64,000 bases of DNA from positions 186,001 to 250,000 of IMG/VR virus record IMGVR_UViG_3300036853_000446. One strand, written 5' to 3'. Shown here piece after piece: positions 29,437 to 39,741 of the stretch. The notes below the pieces were generated by a model, which worked only from the letters and a program-made list of their open reading frames with translations, was not told the DNA's origin and made no database searches. A program made the translations under genes and the position numbers. The first letter of the stretch is position 1. Every line of letters begins with the position of its first letter.

Positions 29437-29724
29437 CTACGGACGATTCAGTGGTTCTCCGATGATCGCCAAGAGGGCTGTCAAATTGATCTTCGCACCT
29501 GCCTCCGGAGCGATCAGGTGGCCATCCTCGAACCTCCACCTCGACTCCCTGTGCGTCGAGTCTTTGATGTTGGGACGATCGTCGACCTCTGCCCTAAGAA
29601 TGGTGACGTGCTTGGGGGCACTAATGGCAAGCTTGACCCCACCTCGGTGAGTCTCAACGACGACGATCTCGATGTCGTCCCCGATTAAAACGCGCTCCAT
29701 CTTTTTGCGGTAGAAGACCAGCAT
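29437..29724 (-). CDS. csrA: CsrA/RsmA homolog with C-terminal extension
   Basis: [46 protein letters not shown]. Confidence 0.9.
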   Translation of the reverse strand: MLVFYRKKMERVLIGDDIEIVVVETHRGGVKLAISAPKHVTILRAEVDDRPNIKDSTHRESRWRFEDGHLIAPEAGAKINLTALLAIIGEPLNRP

Positions 29725-30252
29725 CCTATCCGTTGTCACTTTACAGGGCCGCCCGCCAGCATCAGGGACACCCATTTGATGGTTTTGTCTACGTTTCGAA
29801 AATCCATGCACTCCCCCACCCCAGCCCGCGGTCTCTGCACTTCCGATTTCACCGACATCTCACACGATTGATAACCCAGCGCGGTCTTCGCGCGCGGTGT
29901 CACAGGGTCGTATTGGGGGTTATCCACCCACCCTCAATTCGATTTCAAAGGGTCGTCAAACAGCTCGTCGAAGGTGACCTCTCCCTCTTTGCCGAGATCA
30001 GTCAGGACGTCGCGTTCGTCCCGTCTTCCGTCGTCGCCGGAGACCTATTCGTTGCCAGCAACGGAACCGCCAGTTGCAATTGGTACGAGGTCATCGAACC
30101 GGCGCTAGATGACCTCGTCTTCGTTCGACTCTTTTCTTGGGCGTTTCGGCAGGGCGAGTACGACCATGTGGAGCTGGACCACCTGGCAGCGCGTGTCACA
30201 CGTCGCCTTTTCGAGCGCGCGAGGGCGAACGGGTTTCGATCGGTGCGGCTCT

Positions 30253-30495
30253 TCAATTGACGCGGGTTCGTCGCGGCTTGGCGGCGGCGTCCACGATGCC
30301 GAGCAAGGCTTCGCCAGCAACTGCCGGGGTATCCTGAAGTCGAGAGGCTGATATCTCGACGACCCTCAGGAGAGCTGACAGGTTCTTGCCGAGAGAGCCT
30401 TGCCCGCCCCTCTTGCAGAGGTATCGGCAGTGGTGAAGGAAATCAAACAGTTCGCTTCTTTCCGTCTTCGGGAGGCTTCCGAGAAATTTATCCAT
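30253..30495 (-). CDS. Hypothetical protein
   Basis: 80 aa ORF divergent from 30512. Confidence 0.5.
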   Translation of the reverse strand: MDKFLGSLPKTERSELFDFLHHCRYLCKRGGQGSLGKNLSALLRVVEISASRLQDTPAVAGEALLGIVDAAAKPRRTRVN

Positions 30496-30511
30496 TTGGT
30501 ATCGTGTCAGT

Positions 30512-30991
30512 ATGACTCGATCGAAAGAACATGCCGCTCATAACGACGAGCCTGTAAAGCCCTTGAACGAGATGCCGCCACCCGGCTCGGAAGATCTTCG
30601 CCGGATAACCATTCGACTCAACATCGCAAGCGCGGGCAACGGTCTGCCCTCGAGGACTCTCGAGGAACTCACCGCGATCGCCCGTCGCGGCACGCCCGTC
30701 GATATCTACACGGAGGCGGGCGGCGTCGATCGCCCCGTTGGTCGTGCCCTCCGTTACGAAATGTCAGGCGACGATCTGTGGGCCATTTGCGACCTGGATG
30801 TCGGGGCCCAAAGGGCACGAGCGGCAGCAGTCTTGGCGCGGCAACCGGACGGGATTCTGAAGTTGGCCGCGGTGTGGCTCACCGATCTGGAGCGGCCGAT
30901 GATCGAAACCGTCGGCGCGGGCCTCACGTATCCAGAAGCCCAGCAATACGCGCTCGGGCGCTCAGCGTGGAAGCGACGGGGCACGTCGTGA
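30512..30991 (+). CDS. Hypothetical protein
   Basis: 159 aa ORF. Confidence 0.6.
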   Translation: MTRSKEHAAHNDEPVKPLNEMPPPGSEDLRRITIRLNIASAGNGLPSRTLEELTAIARRGTPVDIYTEAGGVDRPVGRALRYEMSGDDLWAICDLDVGAQRARAAAVLARQPDGILKLAAVWLTDLERPMIETVGAGLTYPEAQQYALGRSAWKRRGTS

Positions 30992-31022
30992 CCCTTAGGA
31001 GTATTCTGGCGACCCGCGCCAC

Positions 31023-31265
31023 TCAGGGGAAGACGGGCAGAGAGTCCCGGTTCCCCTCCACCATCGCGAGCCCGTGGATGCGTAGCAGCAGGGCTTCCAG
31101 CTCGTCCCGCTTGTCCTGGTAGGACACCTTCATGCAGCGGAGCCGGGCGCCGATCTCGTGCCGTTGCAGCTCCTCGATGCGCTCGAGGATGATCGTCTCG
31201 ATTTGGCTCTGGTCCATTTCTACCCCTTCCTGGAAACCACCTACAAACTGGGTTGCGAAGAGCAC
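31023..31265 (-). CDS. Hypothetical coiled-coil protein
   Basis: ORF; internal ATG with RBS is the likely start. Confidence 0.5.
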   Translation of the reverse strand: MLFATQFVGGFQEGVEMDQSQIETIILERIEELQRHEIGARLRCMKVSYQDKRDELEALLLRIHGLAMVEGNRDSLPVFP

Positions 31266-31325
31266 ACCCTAAAGTCAGATCTCAAATCGGTGTCGCGCGG
31301 GTTAGACCGAGCGCCGGTCGCAGTA

Positions 31326-31595
31326 TCAAGGCAGGCCGACACCGTGCGGCGCGAGACTCGCCTTCAGCCGGTCGTATTTCGCCTGCAAGGCCATCAGATT
31401 CTTTGAGGAGCGGTCATTGTCCGCGTTGCTGCCCAAGTCGTCAACGGACTGTAAGGCAGTGAGCCCGTCACGCAGCGTTTCGACTTGTTTGCGGGTCTCC
31501 TCGAGGGTTTGAGGCTCTCCCAATGCGAGTGCCTCATCCCCTTTCTTAAGGCGCAAAATATCCCGCGCGCTGGGTCCGGTGCGTCGGTGTTCCAT
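31326..31595 (-). CDS. Hypothetical coiled-coil protein
   Basis: CGGTGTA at 31606-31612, 10 nt upstream. Confidence 0.65.
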   Translation of the reverse strand: MEHRRTGPSARDILRLKKGDEALALGEPQTLEETRKQVETLRDGLTALQSVDDLGSNADNDRSSKNLMALQAKYDRLKASLAPHGVGLP

Positions 31596-31827
31596 GGTTG
31601 GCCCCTACACCGGCTGATTCGTGGTACCGTGACTTGGGCCTGTGCGACGCCGTTTGGCCGCATTACTCCGAGGCAAAAAAAATAGAGGTTCTACCACACC
31701 CCTCGCCCATACATAAGTCGTAACACCGTCATGGACCCGCCTAAACAGGAGTAGTACGGGTAACGCACGGGAACTGGTTGACGGTGACCGTCTGAACCGA
31801 AAGCCTTCCCGAGTTAGGGGTCCTGCG

Positions 31828-32202
31828 GTGCCGAAGAAATACTCGACTGCCAAGAAGACCGCCCTCCTGAAGAAACTGGAGGTGCAAGATCCAACAACCG
31901 TGGCCAGGACGAGCGGCGTGCATATTGGCACCTTGAGGCGTCTTGCCAGCGACGCCGGCTTGACCTTGGTCGACGGGCGCCGAAAGCCTTCTGCTCAGAA
32001 GGAGAAAGTGCCCTCCGTAAAGAAGCCGTCCCTCACTAATGGACACCGTACGACGTCAGCCGTCTCCGCCTCGCTCACCCAGAATGGCCTAAAGATCGCC
32101 ATCCATGGGCTCGAGGAATACATTCGCAAGTGCGTGCGGGAAGAGGTCGGCTCGGTCCTGCGCTCGGAGATAATGGCCATGGCCGCTAGTTTGAAACGCT
32201 GA
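31828..32202 (+). CDS. Putative HTH DNA-binding protein
   Basis: TTVARTSGVHIGTLRRL; basic. Confidence 0.55.
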   Translation: MPKKYSTAKKTALLKKLEVQDPTTVARTSGVHIGTLRRLASDAGLTLVDGRRKPSAQKEKVPSVKKPSLTNGHRTTSAVSASLTQNGLKIAIHGLEEYIRKCVREEVGSVLRSEIMAMAASLKR

Positions 32203-32273
32203 CCGCCAAGGCTTCAATGGCTGGGTGAGCCTACTCCTCTGCGACGCCGCGAGATGACGGCGATGAAGCCAGT

Positions 32274-32468
32274 TTATAGCCAGCCGCGGAACCAGGTAAG
32301 CTGAATATCGAAATACCGAATTACCGTATCGAGCGCGACGCCCACGGAGAACAATACGAGGGCCAGAAACCAAAAGAAGCGGTCCGAGTTGACCCAACGC
32401 CAGGCCCGCTCCCAGAACGGAGAACGGAACGTGGACTCGTCAGCATGATCATCGTCTGAGGGCGGCAT
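32274..32468 (-). CDS. Small membrane protein
   Basis: TM helix; CGGTGTA 9 nt upstream. Confidence 0.65.
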   Translation of the reverse strand: MPPSDDDHADESTFRSPFWERAWRWVNSDRFFWFLALVLFSVGVALDTVIRYFDIQLTWFRGWL

Positions 32469-32487
32469 CCCCTGCCGTACACCGCGA

Positions 32488-33537
32488 TCAGCCGGCCTTC
32501 TCTGGCAGATGCTCGAGCCGCTTGTACGGGAGGATTTGGATTGGCTTCCGCAAGCTGAGCCCGGGACCGTAGGCTTGGTTCTTCCAGTGTCCTTTGACCA
32601 GCTGCTGAAAGTCGGGGCTTTTCCGATCACCGGCGAGGAAGGCCCGGACGTAGGGGCGCGCGTCGATGTCGATCTCGGTTGGGTCGAGGAACACATTGAA
32701 GCTCGGACCACCCTTGGCGGCCTTCTTACCCGCCCTGGCCGTTGGCTCGAGCTTCCGCTTCGAGGTCTTGCCCGAGGCGAGATCAAGGCACAGAGATACG
32801 ATGAGCCGCGTGACGAGACGGCGGACCCGCAAGTCGTGGTCGTCCATCTCCCAGCCGATCCCAAAATATTCGTCCTCGGGAATGACCGTGCCCGCGATGA
32901 GTTCGTCAACATGGCGGTTCATCTCCCACAACATCAGATCCGCTCGCGTCATGCAGATCCAGCGCCAGTACTCGCCCGGGGGCAGCGCCGCATCTGCGCC
33001 GTCGCGCTCGGGCGTCACGTTGACAACGTGCACGAAGACGCCGATGGCAGGCCGAAGCTTGCCCTCTGCATTCGTGATCTCGATGAGGCCGTCGGGCAGC
33101 TCGATATAGAAGGCACGAAACGGAGGCTTCACGTGTTCGGCCATGTCGACCGAAACGTTGGTGGCCATGAACGCGGCGGTGCGCTTATGACCGAGGCGGT
33201 AGACGGGCAAGCCCTCGCCAAACCAACGGGCGCCGCCCAACATGAGGATGACTGCGTCCGCGAGCTTCATCTGCTCCGACATGACGAAATGCCGCTCGGG
33301 TTCGTTTCGGAGACTCTCGACGTAATCGACCCAGTTGTCTCGCGCGGCTTCGTCGGACGACGTCGTCCGGTAGGTGTGGCTCCACATGGCCTCGCCAATC
33401 TGGGCGATCGTGGACTTGCTGATACCCTCGACCTTGGCATCACGCACCTGGGAGGAATACTGGCGGAGGCGAGCCTGAGCCACGAGTTGCTCTTGCTTCG
33501 TGACGAAGCGGACGGGCAGTTCGCTGGCTTTCGTCAT
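32488..33537 (-). CDS. Hypothetical protein
   Basis: 349 aa; C-terminal VKGHWKNQAYGPG motif seen in phage proteins. Confidence 0.75.
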   Translation of the reverse strand: MTKASELPVRFVTKQEQLVAQARLRQYSSQVRDAKVEGISKSTIAQIGEAMWSHTYRTTSSDEAARDNWVDYVESLRNEPERHFVMSEQMKLADAVILMLGGARWFGEGLPVYRLGHKRTAAFMATNVSVDMAEHVKPPFRAFYIELPDGLIEITNAEGKLRPAIGVFVHVVNVTPERDGADAALPPGEYWRWICMTRADLMLWEMNRHVDELIAGTVIPEDEYFGIGWEMDDHDLRVRRLVTRLIVSLCLDLASGKTSKRKLEPTARAGKKAAKGGPSFNVFLDPTEIDIDARPYVRAFLAGDRKSPDFQQLVKGHWKNQAYGPGLSLRKPIQILPYKRLEHLPEKAG

Positions 33538-33627
33538 GACTTCCGGAAGTCCCTCGAGGGAAGATTACCGTGAGATCAGCGCCACCGGGAGACCCAAAGT
33601 AAGCGTGTAGGGCTCGGGCGCCGCGCT

Positions 33628-33846
33628 TCAATATCTTCTGGAAGTCCGTTCACCAACCAAGCCACCGGGGGATTCGACCAGCACGTGCCATTCGCCCTCG
33701 AGCCACAGCATGGGCACTCGTTTCGGCACCGACCAACGGTTGACGTGCATGCCACGCCACGAAGACTGTCCCTCGGTCTGAACCCAATGTTCATCGCGAT
33801 GCCACCCTTCACCCAACCCCACGTCAGCGCGCACCCATCTGGCCAT
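33628..33846 (-). CDS. Hypothetical protein
   Basis: CGGTGTA 10 nt upstream. Confidence 0.6.
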   Translation of the reverse strand: MARWVRADVGLGEGWHRDEHWVQTEGQSSWRGMHVNRWSVPKRVPMLWLEGEWHVLVESPGGLVGERTSRRY

Positions 33847-33931
33847 GCTCGGTGGTTACACCGGCGCCGGATCAAAGGGCGGGATCAAAAAGCCTACCCT
33901 AAGGACCGCCGGTGGGGGTTATCATTGCGCC

Positions 33932-34165
33932 ATGCAAAGGAACGAGCCAACGCACGCCTGGTTCGGCGCCTCTTGGGGCGCGCCGATCAACGAGATCCAA
34001 CCGCACGTCGAGACGCCCGTCGCTGAGGATTGCTTCTTCTGCCACGAGCCCATCGCCCCGAATGATCAAGGGTATATGATGCCGTTTCACGACGACGGCG
34101 AGGGGTTCAAGCGGGTCTTCGCGCACAAGCGGTGTCAGCACCGCTCGCTTGGGATCAAGAGCTAG
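33932..34165 (+). CDS. Small Zn-binding protein
   Basis: CFFC..HKRC. Confidence 0.6.
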   Translation: MQRNEPTHAWFGASWGAPINEIQPHVETPVAEDCFFCHEPIAPNDQGYMMPFHDDGEGFKRVFAHKRCQHRSLGIKS

Positions 34166-34362
34166 GGCAGCCTCCGGACGGGCAGCGCCACGGTCTGGTC
34201 GAGGGCGAACGGGACTCCGATCTCTTCAGGGCAAACGGTGAGGCCGTCCGCGTCGTCGTCAAACCACCAGATCCAGTGCGTGAAATCGTCGGTGCGCTCG
34301 GTCTCGATGACCTTGCCGCGTAGTTCGGAGTTTTCCGGAGCGACGACTTCGTAGCGAATCAA
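34162..34362 (-). CDS. Hypothetical protein
   Basis: Directly follows dam. Confidence 0.5.
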   Translation of the reverse strand: MIRYEVVAPENSELRGKVIETERTDDFTHWIWWFDDDADGLTVCPEEIGVPFALDQTVALPVRRLP

Positions 34363-34365
34363 AAG

Positions 34366-35238
34366 TTACTCCTCGAACATCAAGTGAATGGGCGGGCGTC
34401 GGTAGCGCTCGGCCTCGGGCACGGAAGAGACTCGATAGAGCCGCTCGGTGCGTGGTCCCTTCGTCCCGCCGCTCACTTTGAGCGTCGCCGGGGCACTCCA
34501 GATACAAGCACCAAGCGGGAAATCATACTCGGACACGAAGACGTCCGTGTGGCGCGACCACTCGGCGACACGAGCCCGAAAGGCGTCCTGATCGAAGGAT
34601 GGCACGCCATCATAGCCCGTCGTGCCGGCGTACGGCGGATCACAGTAGATGAGTGATTCGATCGGGCGCGGGGCGACGGCGAGAAAGTCGACGACGGCGA
34701 ACGTCATCGAACGATCCGTTGCTCGCCGATCCAGCATCCGGAGGGACGAAACCACGGCGTTCATGATTGTACCTCCGTGATGCGTCGCCGTCTTCGGTGA
34801 CGAGCGAGGGCCCGCGTAGCCGCCGAACCACTTGCCGCCGAAAGAGCAGCCGAAGCCGCAGAAGGCCTTCAGAGGGTCGCTGTCGGGCAGGACCTTGGCA
34901 GCGGTCCAGGTCTCCCTGCTGACGACGTCAGGGGGCTGCCAGCCGCCCTGCACGGCGGCGTAGAGGGAAATGAGGGCGGCGTTGACGTCCGTGGCGTAGA
35001 CGGGCCCATCCTCCTCGAGCGCCGCGGCCACCGACAGGCCCCCGCAGAAGGCGTCCCAAACCTCCTGCCCTGGCCGGCGGTAGTCGAGCATCACGGCCGC
35101 GAGCTGCTTGGCGACGAGCGTTTTGCCACCGAGGTACTGCATCTCGGAGCGAGGTACACCGTTCCTCAGGAATGACCGGTTTGAGGGCTGATCGTCAAAG
35201 GTGTCGCGAGCTGCCCGCGGCTTCAGGGTCAGAGGCAT
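34366..35238 (-). CDS. Dam/D12-class DNA adenine methyltransferase
   Basis: MQYLGGK, DAFCGGLSV, YCDPPY. Confidence 0.9.
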   Translation of the reverse strand: MPLTLKPRAARDTFDDQPSNRSFLRNGVPRSEMQYLGGKTLVAKQLAAVMLDYRRPGQEVWDAFCGGLSVAAALEEDGPVYATDVNAALISLYAAVQGGWQPPDVVSRETWTAAKVLPDSDPLKAFCGFGCSFGGKWFGGYAGPRSSPKTATHHGGTIMNAVVSSLRMLDRRATDRSMTFAVVDFLAVAPRPIESLIYCDPPYAGTTGYDGVPSFDQDAFRARVAEWSRHTDVFVSEYDFPLGACIWSAPATLKVSGGTKGPRTERLYRVSSVPEAERYRRPPIHLMFEE

Positions 35239-35345
35239 CGGGAAGAGATTACGCCCCTGAGCCACGGGAAAATGCCGTGGACTAAATTCCCGGCTTCGGG
35301 GAATCTGCGAAGGCCGTTCAGCGGAGGCGTAAAGGAGGGGGCACG

Positions 35346-35714
35346 ATGATTCAGAAAATCGGACGCAACGACCCGTGTAGCTGCCATTCTGGTCTCAAGT
35401 ATAAGAAGTGCTGTGGCAAGGCCGCGCCCTTCGACGAAGACGGTTATACGTACGCCGGACATATCGCTCTCACCGACGCAAACGAGCCCGAGGTGGGCGC
35501 CAGAGAGGGATTCATCATCGTCAAGGTTCAGACGGCGTTGGACGACCCTACGAGCGCCGCCCTGATTTACGATCGAGGTCGTACCTTCAAGCGCTTCGTG
35601 GACGTCGAGCAGGTCAGCGAGCGCATGGCGGGCAGGATCAAGGCGTTCTTCTATGCCAAGCTGAGCTTTGGGCAGCTCGTCCTGGGCGACGAGGCCCCGG
35701 AGCAAAGGTGGTGA
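35346..35714 (+). CDS. SEC-C motif protein with C-terminal beta domain
   Basis: [21 protein letters not shown]. Confidence 0.85.
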   Translation: MIQKIGRNDPCSCHSGLKYKKCCGKAAPFDEDGYTYAGHIALTDANEPEVGAREGFIIVKVQTALDDPTSAALIYDRGRTFKRFVDVEQVSERMAGRIKAFFYAKLSFGQLVLGDEAPEQRW

Positions 35715-35849
35715 ATGCCGTGAGCGGGATTGCTCGGTAACCGCGACTCGATCGCACACCGATTGATCGAATAAAGAGCCTCTCTCGAGGCGACCCGAAA
35801 ATTTCCCGGCCCACGTAGCCCCACAACGGGGCGGTGTACTTCCGGGACC

Positions 35850-36197
35850 ATGAACCGTCGATCCCTCTTCCAAGCCCTCAGCGCCTTCGCCCTGGCGCTC
35901 GTTCTGCCCCCGGTACGCGCAGCAAAGGCAAGCCTCCGGCGCCTCGTAAACCCCTCCTGGTACGATGGGAGACGGCCTTGGGAGCATCTGGCCGTGCCGG
36001 AACACATGCCTGCGTCGTCCGAACTCTACGGTGGCCGCCGGGTTTGCCGCATGCTCAATCCCGTCAAGGCGCCCCGGGCGAATATTGCGGACTCGGAAGC
36101 GTACCTCCGCATCCTTCTCGAAAGCGGGGGCTCTTCTCATTCTTGGCTGCTCGAGGAGGAACTCCCTCGAACGAAACGGGAATCCGGCGAGACATGA
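35850..36197 (+). CDS. Tat-signal-like hypothetical protein
   Basis: MNRRSLFQALSAFALA; CGGTGTA 11 nt upstream. Confidence 0.6.
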   Translation: MNRRSLFQALSAFALALVLPPVRAAKASLRRLVNPSWYDGRRPWEHLAVPEHMPASSELYGGRRVCRMLNPVKAPRANIADSEAYLRILLESGGSSHSWLLEEELPRTKRESGET

Positions 36198-36412
36198 GCA
36201 AGCCAAAGCCCGGCGTCTGCGGTCGATGCGGATGTGCCGTCGTGCGGTCCCTGCGTGAGCCCGTGGACGGTGAGAAGAACGGCCACGCTTACTGGGACGG
36301 GCAGCTCGTTCGGACGCGCTGCAAGGACCATGGGGGTCGGAACTTCACGGCCCGGCCAGACGACGACATCATCGGCGATGATTTCGGATGGGATGAAATG
36401 CCCACGATCTAA
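36194..36412 (+). CDS. Zn-ribbon protein
   Basis: CGRCG..RCKDH. Confidence 0.55.
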   Translation: MSKPKPGVCGRCGCAVVRSLREPVDGEKNGHAYWDGQLVRTRCKDHGGRNFTARPDDDIIGDDFGWDEMPTI

Positions 36413-36447
36413 CACGGGCAAAAGAATGACGAGGGGCGCCTTTTTGC

Positions 36448-36750
36448 CTAGGGACCACGACGGAGCCTCAAGGCGCTCACGATGCGGTCGCGGTCGCGAT
36501 TGAAGAGCGTGCTTCCACAGCCGCCCCCGAACGCGGGAACCATTTCCCAACCCGGCTGCGTCCGAATGAATTCGTAGCGGCCACATCGGTAGCGCGGTAC
36601 ATCGAGATCATCGCCCTCCCATGGGACGAGGTGGATGCACCAGCCACTCGACGGGTCTTGCGAGCCATAGGGGCAAGGGGCTTCCTTGCAACAGAAGCCG
36701 GAGCCCACGCAGGGCCGCGTTGGCAGGTCATTCGGCACGGTGAAGCCCAT
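36448..36750 (-). CDS. Cys-cluster (Fe-S/Zn) protein
   Basis: CVGSGFCCKEAPC..C..CGRYE. Confidence 0.65.
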   Translation of the reverse strand: MGFTVPNDLPTRPCVGSGFCCKEAPCPYGSQDPSSGWCIHLVPWEGDDLDVPRYRCGRYEFIRTQPGWEMVPAFGGGCGSTLFNRDRDRIVSALRLRRGP

Positions 36751-36845
36751 ACCACAAAGCGCGTGACGACGGCGAGATCGAAGCGGCAGAAGTCATCGAG
36801 CAGCTCGAGCGCACCCCGGAACTTTTTATCGCCCGAGAGCTTATT

Positions 36846-37163
36846 ATGAGTTACTCGTACGATCGCACGGCCGCTCGCGGGACACAGGCTCTCGACTACC
36901 TCAACCTCCCGACCGCAGCCAGTAACGCCCTCTGGGCTCTCGATGAGAAGTTCATCGGGACCGAAAACTACATGGGCGTAGCGTACTTCTGGAGCCTCGA
37001 GTACAAGTGGTGGCTGCGCGATGCGTCGCCGAAGGTGCGCCGAGCGGTCCACGAAGCGTTCCGCAAGGCACGGCTGTCGCCCGAGGACGACAGCGCCGAG
37101 CACGCGGCAATCGTCGCGAAGTTCTTTCCGGACGCCAAGGTCTTTTATGACCGTGGTGTGTAG
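36846..37163 (+). CDS. Leader-bearing small protein
   Basis: MSYSYDRTAA leader. Confidence 0.7.
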   Translation: MSYSYDRTAARGTQALDYLNLPTAASNALWALDEKFIGTENYMGVAYFWSLEYKWWLRDASPKVRRAVHEAFRKARLSPEDDSAEHAAIVAKFFPDAKVFYDRGV

Positions 37164-37427
37164 CTCCCAGAACGAACCCGGGCGACTCGTCAGCTCATTA
37201 TCTCGCGTCTCTTTCATCCCGTCTCAGAGGGAGGGTCCATTTGCAGGATCGCGTGCTGCAGCGCCTCGAGATCCTCCGCGGACAATTCGGAAGAGGCTTG
37301 GCCGATCGTGGTCGGCGCGGAGTGGGACGGCCTTAGCGCGCTAGGGCGAGCGGCACGCGCCGAAACCACTTGGAAAGACGCTTCTCCGGATCAAAAACTA
37401 CCGGAGCATCCGTACTGATTAGCAAAC

Positions 37428-37793
37428 ATGGCCAAATCGAAAGTGGTACTACAGACTGACCATAAGGATCTCTGGCGCATCTACTGGCTCGTAGACGGTT
37501 GGGAGGGCGGCGACGACGAAGCCGGCGGGTGCCTTGGCGAACTCAAGTCCTGGAAAGAAGAGGCGCCCACGGCCGACGACCGCGAAGCCTGGGAAACTTG
37601 GGCCGTCGAGACGGCCCTGCACGAGAGAGGGTGCGAAAGCGATCCGACCGGGTTCTTTTGGGAGTCCATGGACGAGGGGAAGAAGGCCCTCGCGATCGTA
37701 AAGGAAGTCCTGAAGCAGGAGCGTCCCCTACCCGATTGGGCCAAAAAAGCCCTGGCAGCAGGCTGGAAGCCGCCAAAGGGCTGGAAAGCGTAG
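37428..37793 (+). CDS. Hypothetical acidic Trp-rich protein
   Basis: Ends WAKKALAAGWKPP. Confidence 0.7.
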   Translation: MAKSKVVLQTDHKDLWRIYWLVDGWEGGDDEAGGCLGELKSWKEEAPTADDREAWETWAVETALHERGCESDPTGFFWESMDEGKKALAIVKEVLKQERPLPDWAKKALAAGWKPPKGWKA

Positions 37794-37812
37794 GCGGCTC
37801 GTGTGCCGGTCC

Positions 37813-38160
37813 ATGAGCGACTTCATCGAATGGCGAGGCCTTCAGCTCGAGCGGCGGAAAGAATACCCACACGAGCGGTACGACTACGTCGTCGAGGGCG
37901 GCGCGTTTTGGATCGTCGAGCGGCTGGACGTGTCCAAGAGATGGATCGCGTGGCTCATCGTTGGCGACCGTGTGCGGTTCATGAGCCCGGCGGAGACCCC
38001 GAACGAAGCGCTCGAGGGAGCCTACGTCGACGCGCTCAAGCTCGACGAGCAGCTCCGGGGCGCCATCGCAGAGGTCCGCAACGCGACCTTTGACCGCTGG
38101 CTCGATCGGCACTCACTCGACGACACCGGTTACAACGACCCGGAGGGGCACGCCGCATGA
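37813..38160 (+). CDS. Hypothetical protein
   Basis: Co-directional ORF. Confidence 0.6.
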   Translation: MSDFIEWRGLQLERRKEYPHERYDYVVEGGAFWIVERLDVSKRWIAWLIVGDRVRFMSPAETPNEALEGAYVDALKLDEQLRGAIAEVRNATFDRWLDRHSLDDTGYNDPEGHAA

Positions 38161-38232
38161 AAGACAGCGTGGCCGCGCGGCCGAATAGGCGGGCTGCGCA
38201 GCGAGACACCCTATGGTATCCTTTATCGGCTG

Positions 38233-38424
38233 ATGCCTAAAGACCGCACGGAGCTGACGGAAGCTGGGGATTCTCGACCATCGATCGATGAGGCGGGCGT
38301 TGACCTCACATTGATCCGTCTGTACCTCGCACTCACGCCAATCGAGCGCTTACGCTCGCTACAGAACGCCGTGCGAGCGATCGAGAAATTCCGGCCCATC
38401 AAGAACGTGGCCCAGTCGAAATGA
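38233..38424 (+). CDS. Small partner of the nucleotidyltransferase (TA-like)
   Basis: GVDLTLIRLYLALTPIERLR; ATGA coupling. Confidence 0.7.
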   Translation: MPKDRTELTEAGDSRPSIDEAGVDLTLIRLYLALTPIERLRSLQNAVRAIEKFRPIKNVAQSK

Positions 38425-38897
38425 CTTTTGACCTGGAGGCAATGTTGCGAGCCCTTCGCGACGTCGAGTTTATCCTGGTCGGTGGCGTTGCGGCTGCGGT
38501 CCAGGGCGCACCCATCGTGACTCAGGACGCGGACATCCTCTATCGTATCGAGCCGTCGAATCTCGTGCGACTCGAGGCAGCGCTGCTCGACTTGGACGCC
38601 GTCGTACGCGACGACCCCCGTCGCCTGCGTTTCCGGATCAGCCACCTGGAAACCAAGGGCCACAAGCTGACCAGTACTCGGGCCGGCGCGCTCGACGTGC
38701 TCGGCTCCATCAACGCGGAGGAGTTGGTGTTTGAAGACATCCTCCCGCACACCGACCTAATGGACTTCGACGGGCAAGAAATCCGTGTTTTGCGGCTCGG
38801 CAAGCTGATTGAGCTGAAACGGCGCCTCGGGCGTCCCAAAGACTTGGCAGCTCTACCAGTCCTCGAAGCGACGCAGCGAGAACGTGAGCGATCATGA
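38421..38897 (+). CDS. Minimal nucleotidyltransferase
   Basis: LVGGVAA..TQDAD, GRPKDL. Confidence 0.85.
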   Translation: MTFDLEAMLRALRDVEFILVGGVAAAVQGAPIVTQDADILYRIEPSNLVRLEAALLDLDAVVRDDPRRLRFRISHLETKGHKLTSTRAGALDVLGSINAEELVFEDILPHTDLMDFDGQEIRVLRLGKLIELKRRLGRPKDLAALPVLEATQRERERS

Positions 38898-39133
38898 CCT
38901 ACGAAGACGTCATTCCCGCGCTCCGGTGGCGGTGCCGAAAGCTTCCGGATCTCGCTACCGCCGAAGCCCTCGTGGCCGCGCTGACGGTCGAGCAGCTGCG
39001 ATACACGGAGATCCCGGCAAAAATCTGGCCGAGCGTGCGCGCCTTCCGCCGGCTACGTTCCGACGTTCGCCTGAATGTGGCCGTCAAATATCTACGGGGA
39101 AAGAAGGGGGCGGGTGTAGACTCCCGCCCGTGA
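38894..39133 (+). CDS. Hypothetical protein
   Basis: Translationally coupled to the NTase gene. Confidence 0.55.
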   Translation: MTYEDVIPALRWRCRKLPDLATAEALVAALTVEQLRYTEIPAKIWPSVRAFRRLRSDVRLNVAVKYLRGKKGAGVDSRP

Positions 39134-39492
39134 AAAAGGCGACCAAAGCGAAGCCGGGCATGCGCAAGAAGCGAAAGCTCGGGGCGGGGCGCCCTGCAGT
39201 GCTCGGCGTTCCGCGGGACAAGACTCTGACATTGAAGATGAGCGCGGCGGAACTCGAAAGCGTGACTCGACTTGCGGGAGAGCTTGGCCTCGAGCGAAGC
39301 GAACTTGTTCGGCGCGCGATCGAGATCGTTGTCGCGAATCCCAAACTCCTCCGTCCCGTCGAGACGCTCAGGCCCGAGCGCTATGCTCAGATCTATGAGT
39401 CGGTCCTCCATCAGATGGCGGCTGCAGGCCCGAACCCAGAGGAGGACTTCAGCGGCATCGGTACGGGCGACCTCTTCGACCTCGGTGAGTAG
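39130..39492 (+). CDS. CopG/RHH DNA-binding protein
   Basis: LTLKMSAAEL..LAGELGLERSELVRRAIE. Confidence 0.7.
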   Translation: MKKATKAKPGMRKKRKLGAGRPAVLGVPRDKTLTLKMSAAELESVTRLAGELGLERSELVRRAIEIVVANPKLLRPVETLRPERYAQIYESVLHQMAAAGPNPEEDFSGIGTGDLFDLGE

Positions 39493-39574
39493 AGACTGGC
39501 TACCCCGTTGCGATGGAGCCTCACGCCGGTGTAAGCCCTCGGTATGAGTAGAGCCTCGGAAGTCGAGACGAACG

Positions 39575-39703
39575 ATGTGTGACCTCATCCAGGCACTCAA
39601 CGGGCTGACGTGGCCCGCCGCGTTTGCGATTGCCGTCATCGCGATTGCATGTGCGTTCATAGGCTATTCGTATTTTCGGAGCTTCTGGTTTCGGAGCTTC
39701 TGA
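39575..39703 (+). CDS. Small membrane protein (not in ORF track)
   Basis: MCDLIQALNGLTWPAAFAIAVIAIACAFIGYSYFRSFWFRSF. Confidence 0.5.
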   Translation: MCDLIQALNGLTWPAAFAIAVIAIACAFIGYSYFRSFWFRSF

Positions 39704-39741
39704 TGAACGTCAAAAAGAAGCCGCGGTGTACCTCCGTAGCC

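Noticed and set aside
39674-39702. Tandem tttcggagcttctg duplication
   Set aside because: Simple slippage inside a small ORF; no wider pattern
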